From positions 1-48,399 of the forward strand of contig JBBSXB010000004.1 in the NCBI GenBank assembly GCA_038046005.1: DNA of 48,399 bases, read 5' to 3'. Numbering within the stretch: position 1 is the stretch's first letter; the number at the start of each line of letters is the position of its first letter. The position numbers were made by a program, and so were the translations under genes. The DNA is from Nanobdellota archaeon (lineage in GTDB: Archaea > Nanobdellota > Nanobdellia > Pacearchaeales > GW2011-AR1). Below, piece by piece: positions 1 through 8,653 of this stretch. The notes under the pieces are model-generated. The model was not told the origin of the DNA. It made no database searches and was given only the letters and a program-made list of their open reading frames with translations.

Positions 1-54
1 TAAAATTATTCGAGTTTATCTAGATGCTCCGTAGCTTGCTACGGAGAGGTTCAC
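1..54 (+). mobile_element. Repeated element end (probable IS200/IS605-like right end), copy 1
   Basis: Exact reverse complement of 48345..48398. Contains the hairpin CTCCGTAGC-TT-GCTACGGAG followed by AGGTTCAC, the subterminal hairpin + TCAC layout typical of IS200/IS605-family right ends. Family assignment is inference. Confidence 0.55.
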
Positions 55-73
55 TATAGAGCCAAATTATAAA

Positions 74-322
74 ATGAATCTAAATAAAAGAATTCTTGGA
101 AAATGCATTGCGGTTGCAGGAATAGTTGGGGTTGCTGCCACTTTAGATGGGGCGAAGGAGTTTCCAGACAGAGCAGGGTTGTCTTCCGAAGCCTACGAGC
201 AAATTTATCATGAGAGCAAAACGACTTATGCTGGAGTGGTTTCTTTATTTACATTATCTGCTGCTGCATTTGTGTATGGTACAGCAACAACAGCTAGAAA
301 TCCAGAAGATATAATAGATTAA
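74..322 (+). CDS. Small hypothetical membrane protein
   Basis: 82-aa ORF with two hydrophobic segments. Confidence 0.55.
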   Translation: MNLNKRILGKCIAVAGIVGVAATLDGAKEFPDRAGLSSEAYEQIYHESKTTYAGVVSLFTLSAAAFVYGTATTARNPEDIID

Positions 323-1185
323 GCAAGCAAAGCATATAATATGCTGGCAATTATGATTATTGCGGCGACAATATTTCTCCAATCTATTTTTTCTTTTAGA
401 AATTTCCATGCAAACAAATATATGAAAATCGGACTGAGCATTACCAAAAGGGTTGTTAAGATTACCCCTAGTTTCAAATATCCATAATACAATAGTACCC
501 TGAATATCACCCAAATTGCCGATGATGCGAGAATTTCAAACTTGACTCTTTTTGTCTTTATTTTTTTGAAATTTGGCCTGAAAATTATTATGCTGAATAT
601 GAAAATCATCAAGCATCTGATGAAATAAAATGTTAATGGGGAGTAATAATTTAATATGAGCCTTGAAAGAGCCAGTTCGAAAGCAAAGAAAAGCGCGCCT
701 AAAATTGCGAATATGAAATATCTGTTGAATTCGAGATGATGTTTTCTTAAATGGGAAAAAACTAAAGCGCCTGCTGCAATCAAGGCAGGAATAACAATTT
801 TGGCATTCCTTTCATATAACGCCTGGCCGAAAATAAAACTAAACAAAATTGCCAAGAGTATTGTGAAAAAAGGTTCTAGTAATCTAGCCGGTTCTAAATT
901 TGTTATCTTTTCCCATTTCAAAGAATAAAAAGCAAAAGCGTTTGCAAGGACAGATGCAATAATTACTACAAGAAATATCAAGATGTTTTTTAGTTCGAAA
1001 GCACCGGGGTTTGTTTTCCAAAAAAACAGGATGAGTGGGGCCATTACCACGACTATTCCAAGAAACGATGCTGACTGATAAAGCTTGAAGTCTATCTTTC
1101 TTACTCTTAGAACTAATTTATCAAGCATTGTTGCAGTTGCACCTGCCATTGCTCCAAACAAAGCCACAAAAAAACTAAAAATCAT
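319..1185 (-). CDS. EamA/DMT-family transporter
   Basis: 288 aa, about 10 TM helices in two repeats; DMT-like motifs (LEPFFTILLA; LSPIFIYLFAWKFLKEKI). Confidence 0.85.
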   Translation of the reverse strand: MIFSFFVALFGAMAGATATMLDKLVLRVRKIDFKLYQSASFLGIVVVMAPLILFFWKTNPGAFELKNILIFLVVIIASVLANAFAFYSLKWEKITNLEPARLLEPFFTILLAILFSFIFGQALYERNAKIVIPALIAAGALVFSHLRKHHLEFNRYFIFAILGALFFAFELALSRLILNYYSPLTFYFIRCLMIFIFSIIIFRPNFKKIKTKRVKFEILASSAIWVIFRVLLYYGYLKLGVILTTLLVMLSPIFIYLFAWKFLKEKIDWRNIVAAIIIIASILYALLA

Positions 1186-1283
1186 TTTGCCTCTTCTTTA
1201 TTAAAACAAGGGAATAACGTTTAAAAGGTTGTGGGAGAAAGTTTAAGTTTTTAAAGCATTAATTCTAATAAAAGTTAGCAATC

Positions 1284-1355
1284 GCGCAAGTAGTACAGTG
1301 GTTAGTACATTTCGTTGCCAACGAAGTAACCCGGGTTCGAATCCCGGCTCGCGCA
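1284..1355 (+). tRNA. tRNA-Gly(GCC)
   Basis: Cloverleaf: acceptor GCGCAAG/CTCGCGC (one A-C mismatch), anticodon arm TTTCG-TTGCCAA-CGAAG, T arm CCGGG-TTCGAAT-CCCGG; no encoded CCA. Confidence 0.95.
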
Positions 1356-1448
1356 TAGCACCATCTTGGCATTTCGATGTGAACTGGATTTTACCGCGAT
1401 CCATAATTTGTCCATTTTGTATATAAAATAGGGCAAACACACAGAAAC

Positions 1449-1709
1449 ATGAAAAAAGACCCATACAATATCCATGAAAGATACACCCAGTGGGAAGAAA
1501 GTGCCAAAGAAACAGGAATTCAGGGGATAAGCAAATACAATTCTGATTTAATTATGAAATATCTTGAAGATATGAAGCATGGAATTAATATTTCTCAAGC
1601 TAATGTAAAGGGGTCTAGGAGTTTCATAAGGCTTGACACAATAAGAAAAAATGGAACAAAAATCTCGTTAATATTGTTTTCCAGAAACCAGAATACGCAA
1701 CTTTTATAA
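1449..1709 (+). pseudogene. Probable N-terminal fragment of a tRNA-adjacent tyrosine integrase
   Basis: MKKDPY..ERY..W...ISKYNSDLIMKYLEDM..G.N....KGSRS..RL resembles from memory the N-terminus of DPANN site-specific integrases. No catalytic domain; sits immediately after the tRNA. Confidence 0.55.
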
Positions 1710-1731
1710 ACAGTTTTTTAATCTTGTTGCT

Positions 1732-3297
1732 ATGAGTGCGGACGAAAAATCTCCTAATGAGAACACAAACTTGGTTTTGAAAAAAGTAAAAACAGTGCTA
1801 CCAGGAGTATGGAAGTACTTAACTTCTCCAAGATATCTCTGTTCACTGGATGATAAACAGCCTTCTTATCTAGACACAAATACAACTGATTTAATTTTTT
1901 GGTCCGATTTATTCTTTAAAGATTCAAAATTGCCAGATATAATTGATGATAAACCTTCAAGAGTGAAAAACCTTAGATTCACTTTGGCAATGGCTCCTGA
2001 ATTTGGATCTATTGAGAGTGTTGTTCGTTCAAACCCAGAAGTTTATAGAAATGGGTTTGCTGATCAGAATAGAATAGTTTCGTGGCACCAAAGCGAAATT
2101 GGAGATGGAGGGGGAATAACAGTTTCGACATCATTTGAAGCGCTTCACTTGGATGAGATAAGTTATCTCTATCAGCAATATGCAAATGCTGTTGAAAGAA
2201 TAAACTCTCCAGAAAGCAGAGATTTTGTTCGAAAAAAATTAAGATCAATTTCTGAACTATTGCCTGAAATTAAAAAAGAAGAAAAAGATGAATCAACAAA
2301 AAAGAAAATTAGATGGTTTAGGAATGATTACTATCAAAAGTTAGTAGAGCTTTATCTTGAAAATCCAACTCTAGAACTAAGAAATTTAGTTTCACTAAAA
2401 TTTAAACCATTTGTCGATGTAGTTGCAACTAATGTACACAAATCAATGAATTCTTATGGTGCTAGACCGCAAAACAGGAATGGAAATAAATCTTCAAAGA
2501 CTTTTGGAGAAAGTGCCATAACTTCAATAAGCATTCTCGGTTTGGAAGATATGAAACAGTCTGGATTTAGTGGCTTGCTGACTTGTATGCCAAATTACAA
2601 GCCAGAAAGAGAAGCAAGGTTTACCACTTACGCGGGATATAGAGTTAGAGGAACTATTCTCGATGAAATAAGAGAGCTATCTCCGCATTCTAGAGGAGAC
2701 ACTTTGATGAACCGAAGAATAAAAAAGGCAATTGAGACTCTCTCTCAAGTTGAATTCAAAGAACACACTGATGCATTTACTATCGCAAGTTACTTAGGAG
2801 AGGATGCAGAAACAATAAGGTCAGCTATTTTAAATCAAATTAATCGTACCCCACAATCATTAGATGACATTGTTGGAGATTCTAATTCAGATGACAAGAT
2901 AGTAACAAGAGTTGAAACACTTGCTCAGACTCATTTTGCAGATGCTCTCCAAAAGCTAGTTTCAGAAAGCCATTATAGAGAAGTTCTGGAAAGTTTTAGA
3001 TACCTCACTGAACAAGAAAGATTAGTTGTAGGTCTATACTATGTAAGCAGCTCCGATACTCTCACTGAGCTAATGAGCAATATTCCTTCTAACAATGGGC
3101 AAAAAGAATCAATCTACAAAAAATATGGTTTCAGAGATTATTTATCTTTAAAAGATATCTCTACATTAATGGAGATTAGTGAATCAAGAGTATCTCAGAT
3201 AAAGACACGTGCTGAGAGTAAGTTAAGACATAAGCTGGGGGTAATATTGGAGGCTGAAAGATTAAGTAAAAAACGAACAAGGTTGACTGTACAATAA
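1732..3297 (+). CDS. FliA/WhiG-like sigma70-family protein with long N-terminal extension
   Basis: Region 2: DMKQSGFSGLL..YKPEREARFTTYAGYRVRGTILDEIR. Region 3: IASYLGEDAETIR. Region 4: LTEQERLVVGLYY...LSLKDISTLMEISESRVSQIKTRAESKLR. Confidence 0.85.
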   Translation: MSADEKSPNENTNLVLKKVKTVLPGVWKYLTSPRYLCSLDDKQPSYLDTNTTDLIFWSDLFFKDSKLPDIIDDKPSRVKNLRFTLAMAPEFGSIESVVRSNPEVYRNGFADQNRIVSWHQSEIGDGGGITVSTSFEALHLDEISYLYQQYANAVERINSPESRDFVRKKLRSISELLPEIKKEEKDESTKKKIRWFRNDYYQKLVELYLENPTLELRNLVSLKFKPFVDVVATNVHKSMNSYGARPQNRNGNKSSKTFGESAITSISILGLEDMKQSGFSGLLTCMPNYKPEREARFTTYAGYRVRGTILDEIRELSPHSRGDTLMNRRIKKAIETLSQVEFKEHTDAFTIASYLGEDAETIRSAILNQINRTPQSLDDIVGDSNSDDKIVTRVETLAQTHFADALQKLVSESHYREVLESFRYLTEQERLVVGLYYVSSSDTLTELMSNIPSNNGQKESIYKKYGFRDYLSLKDISTLMEISESRVSQIKTRAESKLRHKLGVILEAERLSKKRTRLTVQ

Positions 3298-3298
3298 A

Positions 3299-4201
3299 AT
3301 GTCAAAAACAAAATTAGAAAGTTCTAGAAAAGAATTAGTCAATCAGGCTTCTGGAGTTTGGCCTCTATCAATGACAGAATGGTCACAAAGAAGAAATCTT
3401 CCGAGTCTTTTTACAATAATTGGTGAATTTGGCTCTTGGGAAAATTTTGAAAGAGAGATGAGAGGAAAAAGTAGAAAGGATGATGAAATTAAAACTCCTA
3501 GAGTTGAAAAAACCAGGGTTGATTATGAGGTTAAACCCAAAAGAGATGTTCATCCTCCAGATAAGTATTTGTTAGGAGAAAGAAAAGCTCAGAGTGTTCC
3601 AGACGCAAGACCACCTAAAAATTATTTTACATTAGACGAAGTAGTCGGTTTTTTAGAATTTCCTGAACAAGAGTTAGAAAGAAATAGATTAGCAGAAAAA
3701 ATTTCTTTGTTATACACTTCCGAAGGAGATTTAGCCTTAAATGTGGACAGCTTGGAATATTTAAGCAAGGTTAAGTATGATGGTTTTATCTCCTTTGATA
3801 ATTTTCGTTCTCTTTTTAGGCTAGATAAAAAAGAAGCTAAAGGAGTGCTAAGAGAATTTGAAATGGATTCTACTGCGGACAAAGTTAGGTTAGATTCTAA
3901 ATTTTGGAGTTATACGGTCCATCATTTTAATCAAATGCCGAATACAAATCATTTATATTCTGGAGAGGCATTGTTAAATCGAGAAGAAGCAGCCAAGTTT
4001 TTGAGCGGAGGCTTAAAAAATCTTCAGATAAGCCGTGAAATTCTGGGAAAAATGATAGAAGACGATTTATTTGGGTTGAGAGGACTTGAAATAGATGGGG
4101 GATTTAGAGTTCAATTGTTGTATAATGCGAAAAGCGCTGTCGGAAACGAATCTTTGAGAAGAACTGTTCTTACAAAATATCCTCATTTAATTCAATCGTA
4201 A
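3299..4201 (+). CDS. Hypothetical protein, possibly DNA-binding; starts 1 nt after the sigma-like gene stop
   Basis: 300-aa ORF; N-terminal LPSLFTIIGEFGSWENF resembles the homing-endonuclease-associated repeat (PS..T...FGSW). Confidence 0.7.
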   Translation: MSKTKLESSRKELVNQASGVWPLSMTEWSQRRNLPSLFTIIGEFGSWENFEREMRGKSRKDDEIKTPRVEKTRVDYEVKPKRDVHPPDKYLLGERKAQSVPDARPPKNYFTLDEVVGFLEFPEQELERNRLAEKISLLYTSEGDLALNVDSLEYLSKVKYDGFISFDNFRSLFRLDKKEAKGVLREFEMDSTADKVRLDSKFWSYTVHHFNQMPNTNHLYSGEALLNREEAAKFLSGGLKNLQISREILGKMIEDDLFGLRGLEIDGGFRVQLLYNAKSAVGNESLRRTVLTKYPHLIQS

Positions 4202-4240
4202 CGCAACTTTTATATACTGTTGTTCTTCAATTTTTCTACA

Positions 4241-4555
4241 ATGAAAGACCTAATAAAAAGAATTTTTTCAAGAGAAACAAAGCCAAAAATAGAGCTTGAT
4301 GAAAATGACAGAGAAGCTTTTCGTATAGTTGCAAGGACTTTCAATTTTGATGCTAATCCTGAAAATGTTGACTGGAGAAATGCCTGGGGCTTATCACAAG
4401 ATTCGGGATTGTCAGAAAAAACAGTCTCAACAATAGTTGAAAGATATAAAGGAGTATACTTTGACGAATCTCCATTAGTAATTGCTGGAAGCAAGTTTTA
4501 TAGATTAACAAATGAAGGTTTTCAGCTTTATAATACCTTAAGAGAAAACAGTTAA
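4241..4555 (+). CDS. Small winged-helix-like protein, paralog A
   Basis: ATG at 4241 aligns with the paralog B start; TTTTATATA upstream; WRNAWGLSQDSGLSEKTVSTIV..FYRLTNEG is wHTH-like. Confidence 0.75.
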   Translation: MKDLIKRIFSRETKPKIELDENDREAFRIVARTFNFDANPENVDWRNAWGLSQDSGLSEKTVSTIVERYKGVYFDESPLVIAGSKFYRLTNEGFQLYNTLRENS

Positions 4556-4602
4556 AAATTATACACCACAAATTTTATATACTTTATAGTTTAATTCTTT
4601 TC

Positions 4603-4935
4603 ATGTTAAAAGGTCTTATAAGTAGAATTTTTGGAGAAGAAGCAGAACCAGAAATGGACTTTGATGAAGAAGATCGGGAATCTTTTCTCATTGTGGCAGG
4701 AGCCTTTGAAATTAATGAAGGCTCTGAACAAGAAGACTGGAGAAGTGCTTTTGGTTTAAGCAAAGATGCAAAATTTCCAGGACTAGCTGTTGCAAGGATA
4801 CTTAATAGATATGATGGAACTTATTTTGAGAAAAGTCCACTAGAACCGAGAGGAATAGGAATTTATAGATTAACTGCTGAAGGTGTAAGTCTTTATAATT
4901 CGCTAAGAGAAAACGTCGAGACAAAGACAGCCTAG
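4603..4935 (+). CDS. Small winged-helix-like protein, paralog B
   Basis: Similar to 4241..4555 (DRE.F.IVA..F, DWR.A.GLS.D, YF..SPL, YRLT.EG..LYN.LREN). Confidence 0.75.
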   Translation: MLKGLISRIFGEEAEPEMDFDEEDRESFLIVAGAFEINEGSEQEDWRSAFGLSKDAKFPGLAVARILNRYDGTYFEKSPLEPRGIGIYRLTAEGVSLYNSLRENVETKTA

Positions 4936-5056
4936 ATAAATGTTCTATTAACTTCTGTAATGTTTAAAGGCTAGGTTAATTTTTTTATACTACATATTTT
5001 AAGATATATTTTCAATTATAGAAATCTTTATAACACCTTATCTTAGTAGAATTGAG

Positions 5057-5455
5057 ATGGTACGTTATGAAAAATCAGAAGACAAACCGCTTTCAGAAGT
5101 TATTGAAGGCAGAAAAAATCATTATCTTTCTAAAGTTGTAAGCGCCTTTAATTCAGTTTATGCAAGTGGTGACTTTGAATACATTGGACAGTTTGAAGGA
5201 GCTGTACTTAAGTTAAGCGAATCTGCAATAGAAGGTAAAAAACTTGAAGGACGAGTTGGTAAAGCTACACCAATTACGTCAAGAGAACCTTCTGAGAGAA
5301 GAGTAGGAAGAAAGCCAAAGTTAACTGCAGAAGTATATGTTCAAGCTGTTAAGGATCAATTGACAAAAGAAGATCTTGCTCAAAATTATAGTTTTGACGG
5401 CAGAGCACTTGGACCTTTAAAAAGACATCATGGTGCATTGAAAAAAAGTGATTAA
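5057..5455 (+). CDS. Hypothetical protein
   Basis: 132-aa ORF with upstream TTTATAA box. Confidence 0.65.
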   Translation: MVRYEKSEDKPLSEVIEGRKNHYLSKVVSAFNSVYASGDFEYIGQFEGAVLKLSESAIEGKKLEGRVGKATPITSREPSERRVGRKPKLTAEVYVQAVKDQLTKEDLAQNYSFDGRALGPLKRHHGALKKSD

Positions 5456-5492
5456 AGATAATTCTTGTTGAACAGAATTTAAGAACAACTAT

Positions 5493-5563
5493 CCATTTCA
5501 TCTCGACAATATTTATAAAGTCCAGCCATCAACGACAAATCGAATAAAATGCTTAAGGAAAAA
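5493..5563 (+). repeat. Intergenic island repeat, copy A
   Basis: 63/71 identical to 6660..6730 by manual alignment. Confidence 0.85.
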
Positions 5564-5673
5564 GCGGATAACAGTGACTGTTACGTCTACCAATCAATAA
5601 TATTCTAGTTATCTGTAGCCGTAATTACGTCCACATTAGAAAAATTTAAATACTATGTAGACGTAAGAAAAAC

Positions 5674-6138
5674 ATGGTATATACTGAAATAAAGAAAATT
5701 AATGGGAAAAAGTATTACTACAGAGTTTTGTCGGTCAGGACTGGAAAAAAAGTGTCAAAGAAAAGAAAATATCTTGGAATTGACCTAAACAAAGAAGATT
5801 TATCTACAAAAGAAATGGTGGCAGATAAAGAATTGGTTGCTAACACTGTGAGTAAAGAAATTGAAAGAATTAAAAACAAAATAAAAAATATACTAAAAAA
5901 AAATAAGGTTAAGAGAGCAGGAATCTTTGGCAGTTATGCAAGAGGGGAACAGAAAGATAATAGCGATATTGACATTCTTGTAGAAATAGATGATAAAGAG
6001 ATGAGCTTGCTGAAATTTATTAATTTTAAGAACAAATTAGAAGAGATACTAAAAAGTAAAGTAGATTTGGTTGAGTATAAATTAGTAAGGCCAGAAATTA
6101 AAGAGAACATATTTAGCGAGGAAATAAGAATAATATGA
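5674..6138 (+). CDS. Minimal nucleotidyltransferase (MNT/MntA-like antitoxin) with basic N-terminal extension
   Basis: GIFGSYARGE...SDIDILV and VDLV motifs; overlaps the HEPN gene start. Confidence 0.9.
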   Translation: MVYTEIKKINGKKYYYRVLSVRTGKKVSKKRKYLGIDLNKEDLSTKEMVADKELVANTVSKEIERIKNKIKNILKKNKVKRAGIFGSYARGEQKDNSDIDILVEIDDKEMSLLKFINFKNKLEEILKSKVDLVEYKLVRPEIKENIFSEEIRII

Positions 6139-6479
6139 AAAGAAACTATTGGATGTTTATAAATGACATTCTTGAAAATATTGAATTGATTGAAAAATCA
6201 ACTTCAAAAATATCAAAAACTGAATTTGAAGAAAATAAAGATATAATAGATGCAACCCTTAGAAGGCTGGAAATTATAGGCGAAGCTTCTAAAAACTTGC
6301 CTTCTTCATTAACTAAAAAATATTCAGAGATACCTTGGAAAGATATAGCTGGGTTTAGAGACATAATGATTCATGCATATTTTATAGTAGACATAGATAA
6401 AGTCTGGGAAGTTGTCAGAAAAGACATTCCAGATTTAAAAAAGAAAATTTCTGAGATTAAAAAAGAAAAAATTGAATAG
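6135..6479 (+). CDS. HEPN/DUF86 (HepT-like) RNase toxin
   Basis: LEIIGEASK and IPWKDIAGFRDIMIHAYF (Rx4H motif). Confidence 0.9.
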   Translation: MKRNYWMFINDILENIELIEKSTSKISKTEFEENKDIIDATLRRLEIIGEASKNLPSSLTKKYSEIPWKDIAGFRDIMIHAYFIVDIDKVWEVVRKDIPDLKKKISEIKKEKIE

Positions 6480-6484
6480 AGTGA

Positions 6485-6658
6485 AAAGATAAAAAGTACG
6501 GCGAAAAATTAATTGAAGAGATATTTAGAAAAGGGCTTCTGAACGGAAACACTGTTGGCATTAATGAAGATGGAAGCGAGGACATTTATGAATGTGATAT
6601 TGAGAGAGCAATAAGAGAGCTTAAAGGTGAAAAAATCAAAAATTGGGAATGGGATTAG
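6485..6658 (+). pseudogene. Start-less C-terminal gene remnant
   Basis: Open frame KDKKYGEKLIEEIF...IKNWEWD* is preceded by an in-frame TGA and has no start codon. It ends 1 nt before repeat copy B. Confidence 0.4.
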
Positions 6659-6659
6659 G

Positions 6660-6730
6660 CCATTCCTTCTCGACAATATTTATAAAGTCCAGCCACCAAC
6701 GATAAATCAAGATAAATGCTTAAGGAAAAA
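6660..6730 (+). repeat. Intergenic island repeat, copy B
   Basis: 63/71 identical to 5493..5563. Just downstream, TCACACGAGGAT is shared with copy C. Confidence 0.85.
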
Positions 6731-6800
6731 CACATCACACGAGGATGCCACAAAGGCAGTAAACAGAAAGAATTTTATATCTAAAAAGTATAGGTTAATC

Positions 6801-7394
6801 ATGGATTACAATTCAATAAAGAAAGAGATAAAACTAGATAGAAGAATAAATGAGCTTGACAAATTTGTTATTGACTTCTGCAGTTTGCTTGATAAATATG
6901 TCTTGGTTTCTGGCTATGTTTCAATATTATTCGGAAGATCAAGGGCAACAGAAGATGTAGACTTACTTATTCCTAAAATGAATTTTGAAGAATTTAATAA
7001 GTTATGGAAGAAAATTCATGATTTTGGGTTTGAATGTGTGAACACTGAAATACAAAAAGAAGCTTTTGAGATTATTAGTGAAGGACACAATATTAGATTT
7101 TCTAGAAAGGGAAAGCCAATACCAAACATGGAGTTTAAGCTAGTGCAAAATGATATTCATAAGTATTCCTTTGAAAATAGGATTAAAGTAATAATGAAGA
7201 ATAATTCTCTTTACATTTCTCCTTTGGAAATGCAGATTGTTTATAAGTTAATGTTGGGTAAAAAAGGCAATAAGAAAGACTTAGAAGATGCAAAACACCT
7301 TTATGAATTATTCAAAGAAAAGCTTAATAATAATGAGTTGCTTAAACTGGTTAAGGAATTAAATGCAGAAAAAGAGTTTAAATTAATAAGATGA
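6801..7394 (+). CDS. Nucleotidyltransferase (AbiEii/DUF6036-like)
   Basis: SGYVSILFGRSRATEDVDLLI and C-terminal KDLEDA motifs. Start moved to ATG 6801 because the track's GTG extension runs through repeat B. Confidence 0.75.
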   Translation: MDYNSIKKEIKLDRRINELDKFVIDFCSLLDKYVLVSGYVSILFGRSRATEDVDLLIPKMNFEEFNKLWKKIHDFGFECVNTEIQKEAFEIISEGHNIRFSRKGKPIPNMEFKLVQNDIHKYSFENRIKVIMKNNSLYISPLEMQIVYKLMLGKKGNKKDLEDAKHLYELFKEKLNNNELLKLVKELNAEKEFKLIR

Positions 7395-7546
7395 AAATTA
7401 ATCAAAAGGAAATAGATGAAGAGGTAGAAAGAAACTTTAAGGAAAGGTTGGAATTTATAAAATTCTGGGCAAATTATGTTAAAACACACAATGATGAAGA
7501 TTGGAGTGAACAGCAAAATATAATAATTAATTCTCAAATTGATTGA
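7391..7546 (+). CDS. 51-aa partner protein of the nucleotidyltransferase (not in ORF track)
   Basis: ATGA overlap with the upstream stop; MKINQKEIDEEVERNFKERLEFIKFWANYVKTHNDEDWSEQQNIIINSQID. Confidence 0.7.
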   Translation: MKINQKEIDEEVERNFKERLEFIKFWANYVKTHNDEDWSEQQNIIINSQID

Positions 7547-7663
7547 TCCTTTTTTCATCCACAATATATTTAAAGGTAAAGGATCGCAACACATTCAAGT
7601 TAAATAATCAAGGGAAAAGACATCACAAGATTTATAAACTAAAGTTTATTTAAATAAACTAAT

Positions 7664-8200
7664 ATGGATTGGAATAAACTAAAGTTTACTAAGCTTGAAA
7701 ATGATATTTTGGAGTTTTTGTTTAGAAATCCCACCTCAAGTTTTAACGGCAAGGAAATAGCTGACAGACTAAAGGTTTCACAGACAGCTATAGCTAAATC
7801 TGTAAAAAATCTTTCAAAAATAGGGCTGGTTAGTGTACAAAAAAAGATTCTTCTTTCTATTAAACTTAACAGAGAAAATAAAATAACATTTACTCTAAAA
7901 AGGATATTTAATATTAAAGAAATATACTCAAGCGGATTGCTAAAGGCTTTGTCTGCGGAGTTTCCTGGCTCGGCGATAGTTCTTTTTGGAAGCTATTCCT
8001 TAGGGGAGGACACAGAGGACTCTGATATTGATATTGCCATAATTGGTTATAAAGATAAATCTATTGATCTTAATATATTTGAGCGAAAGATTCAAAGGAG
8101 AGTGCAACTTCATTTTTTTAAGGAAAGCGGGAATATACATAAAGATTTAAAGGAAAATATTATTAATGGTATTACGCTTGAAGGAGCAATAAAACTATGA
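7664..8200 (+). CDS. wHTH-MNT fusion (antitoxin-like)
   Basis: N-terminal HTH (GKEIADRLKVSQTAIAKSVKNL) plus LFGSYSLGED..SDIDIAI. Confidence 0.85.
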   Translation: MDWNKLKFTKLENDILEFLFRNPTSSFNGKEIADRLKVSQTAIAKSVKNLSKIGLVSVQKKILLSIKLNRENKITFTLKRIFNIKEIYSSGLLKALSAEFPGSAIVLFGSYSLGEDTEDSDIDIAIIGYKDKSIDLNIFERKIQRRVQLHFFKESGNIHKDLKENIINGITLEGAIKL

Positions 8201-8616
8201 GAACCTTTGCAGAATTCCTAAAACAAGGATTGGTAAAGAAAAAGACGAAAGATGAGTCTAGGGCAAAAAGCCTGATCAAAGGAGCTGAAGAAAGAAAAAA
8301 AATAATGGAAAAGTATCTTCCTTTAAATGAGGAAACAGCTGTTCAGATTGTTGAAGAATGCTATGATGTTATTAGAGAGCTTTTAGAAGCTAAGTTAAGC
8401 AAAGACGGATATAAAAGTTATAATCACGAAGCTGTAATTTCATACATGACAAACCTTGGATTTTCAAGAGATGAAGTTGTATTTGTTGATAAGTTAAGAG
8501 AAATAAGGCATGGAATAAAGTATTATGGAAAGTATGTTGGTTTGGAATATGCTGAAAAAGTAAAAGATTTTTTGAACAAAATTTATTCAAAATTGAAAAA
8601 AATTGCTTCTGATTAG
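8197..8616 (+). CDS. HEPN-domain protein
   Basis: Overlaps the MNT gene; YKSYNHEA and LREIRHGIKYYG, HEPN-like Rx4Y variant. Confidence 0.75.
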   Translation: MRTFAEFLKQGLVKKKTKDESRAKSLIKGAEERKKIMEKYLPLNEETAVQIVEECYDVIRELLEAKLSKDGYKSYNHEAVISYMTNLGFSRDEVVFVDKLREIRHGIKYYGKYVGLEYAEKVKDFLNKIYSKLKKIASD

Positions 8617-8653
8617 GTGACCACGAAGAAGAAAACAAGATAGTTTGTGGTCA

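Noticed and set aside
1243-1464. ORFs overlapping tRNAs (1243..1464 and 41626..41811)
   Set aside because: Shadow frames over tRNA-Gly and tRNA-His.
6627-6800. N-terminal extension of the NTase ORF from GTG 6627
   Set aside because: It runs through repeat B and a promoter-like region; ATG 6801 is the plausible start.
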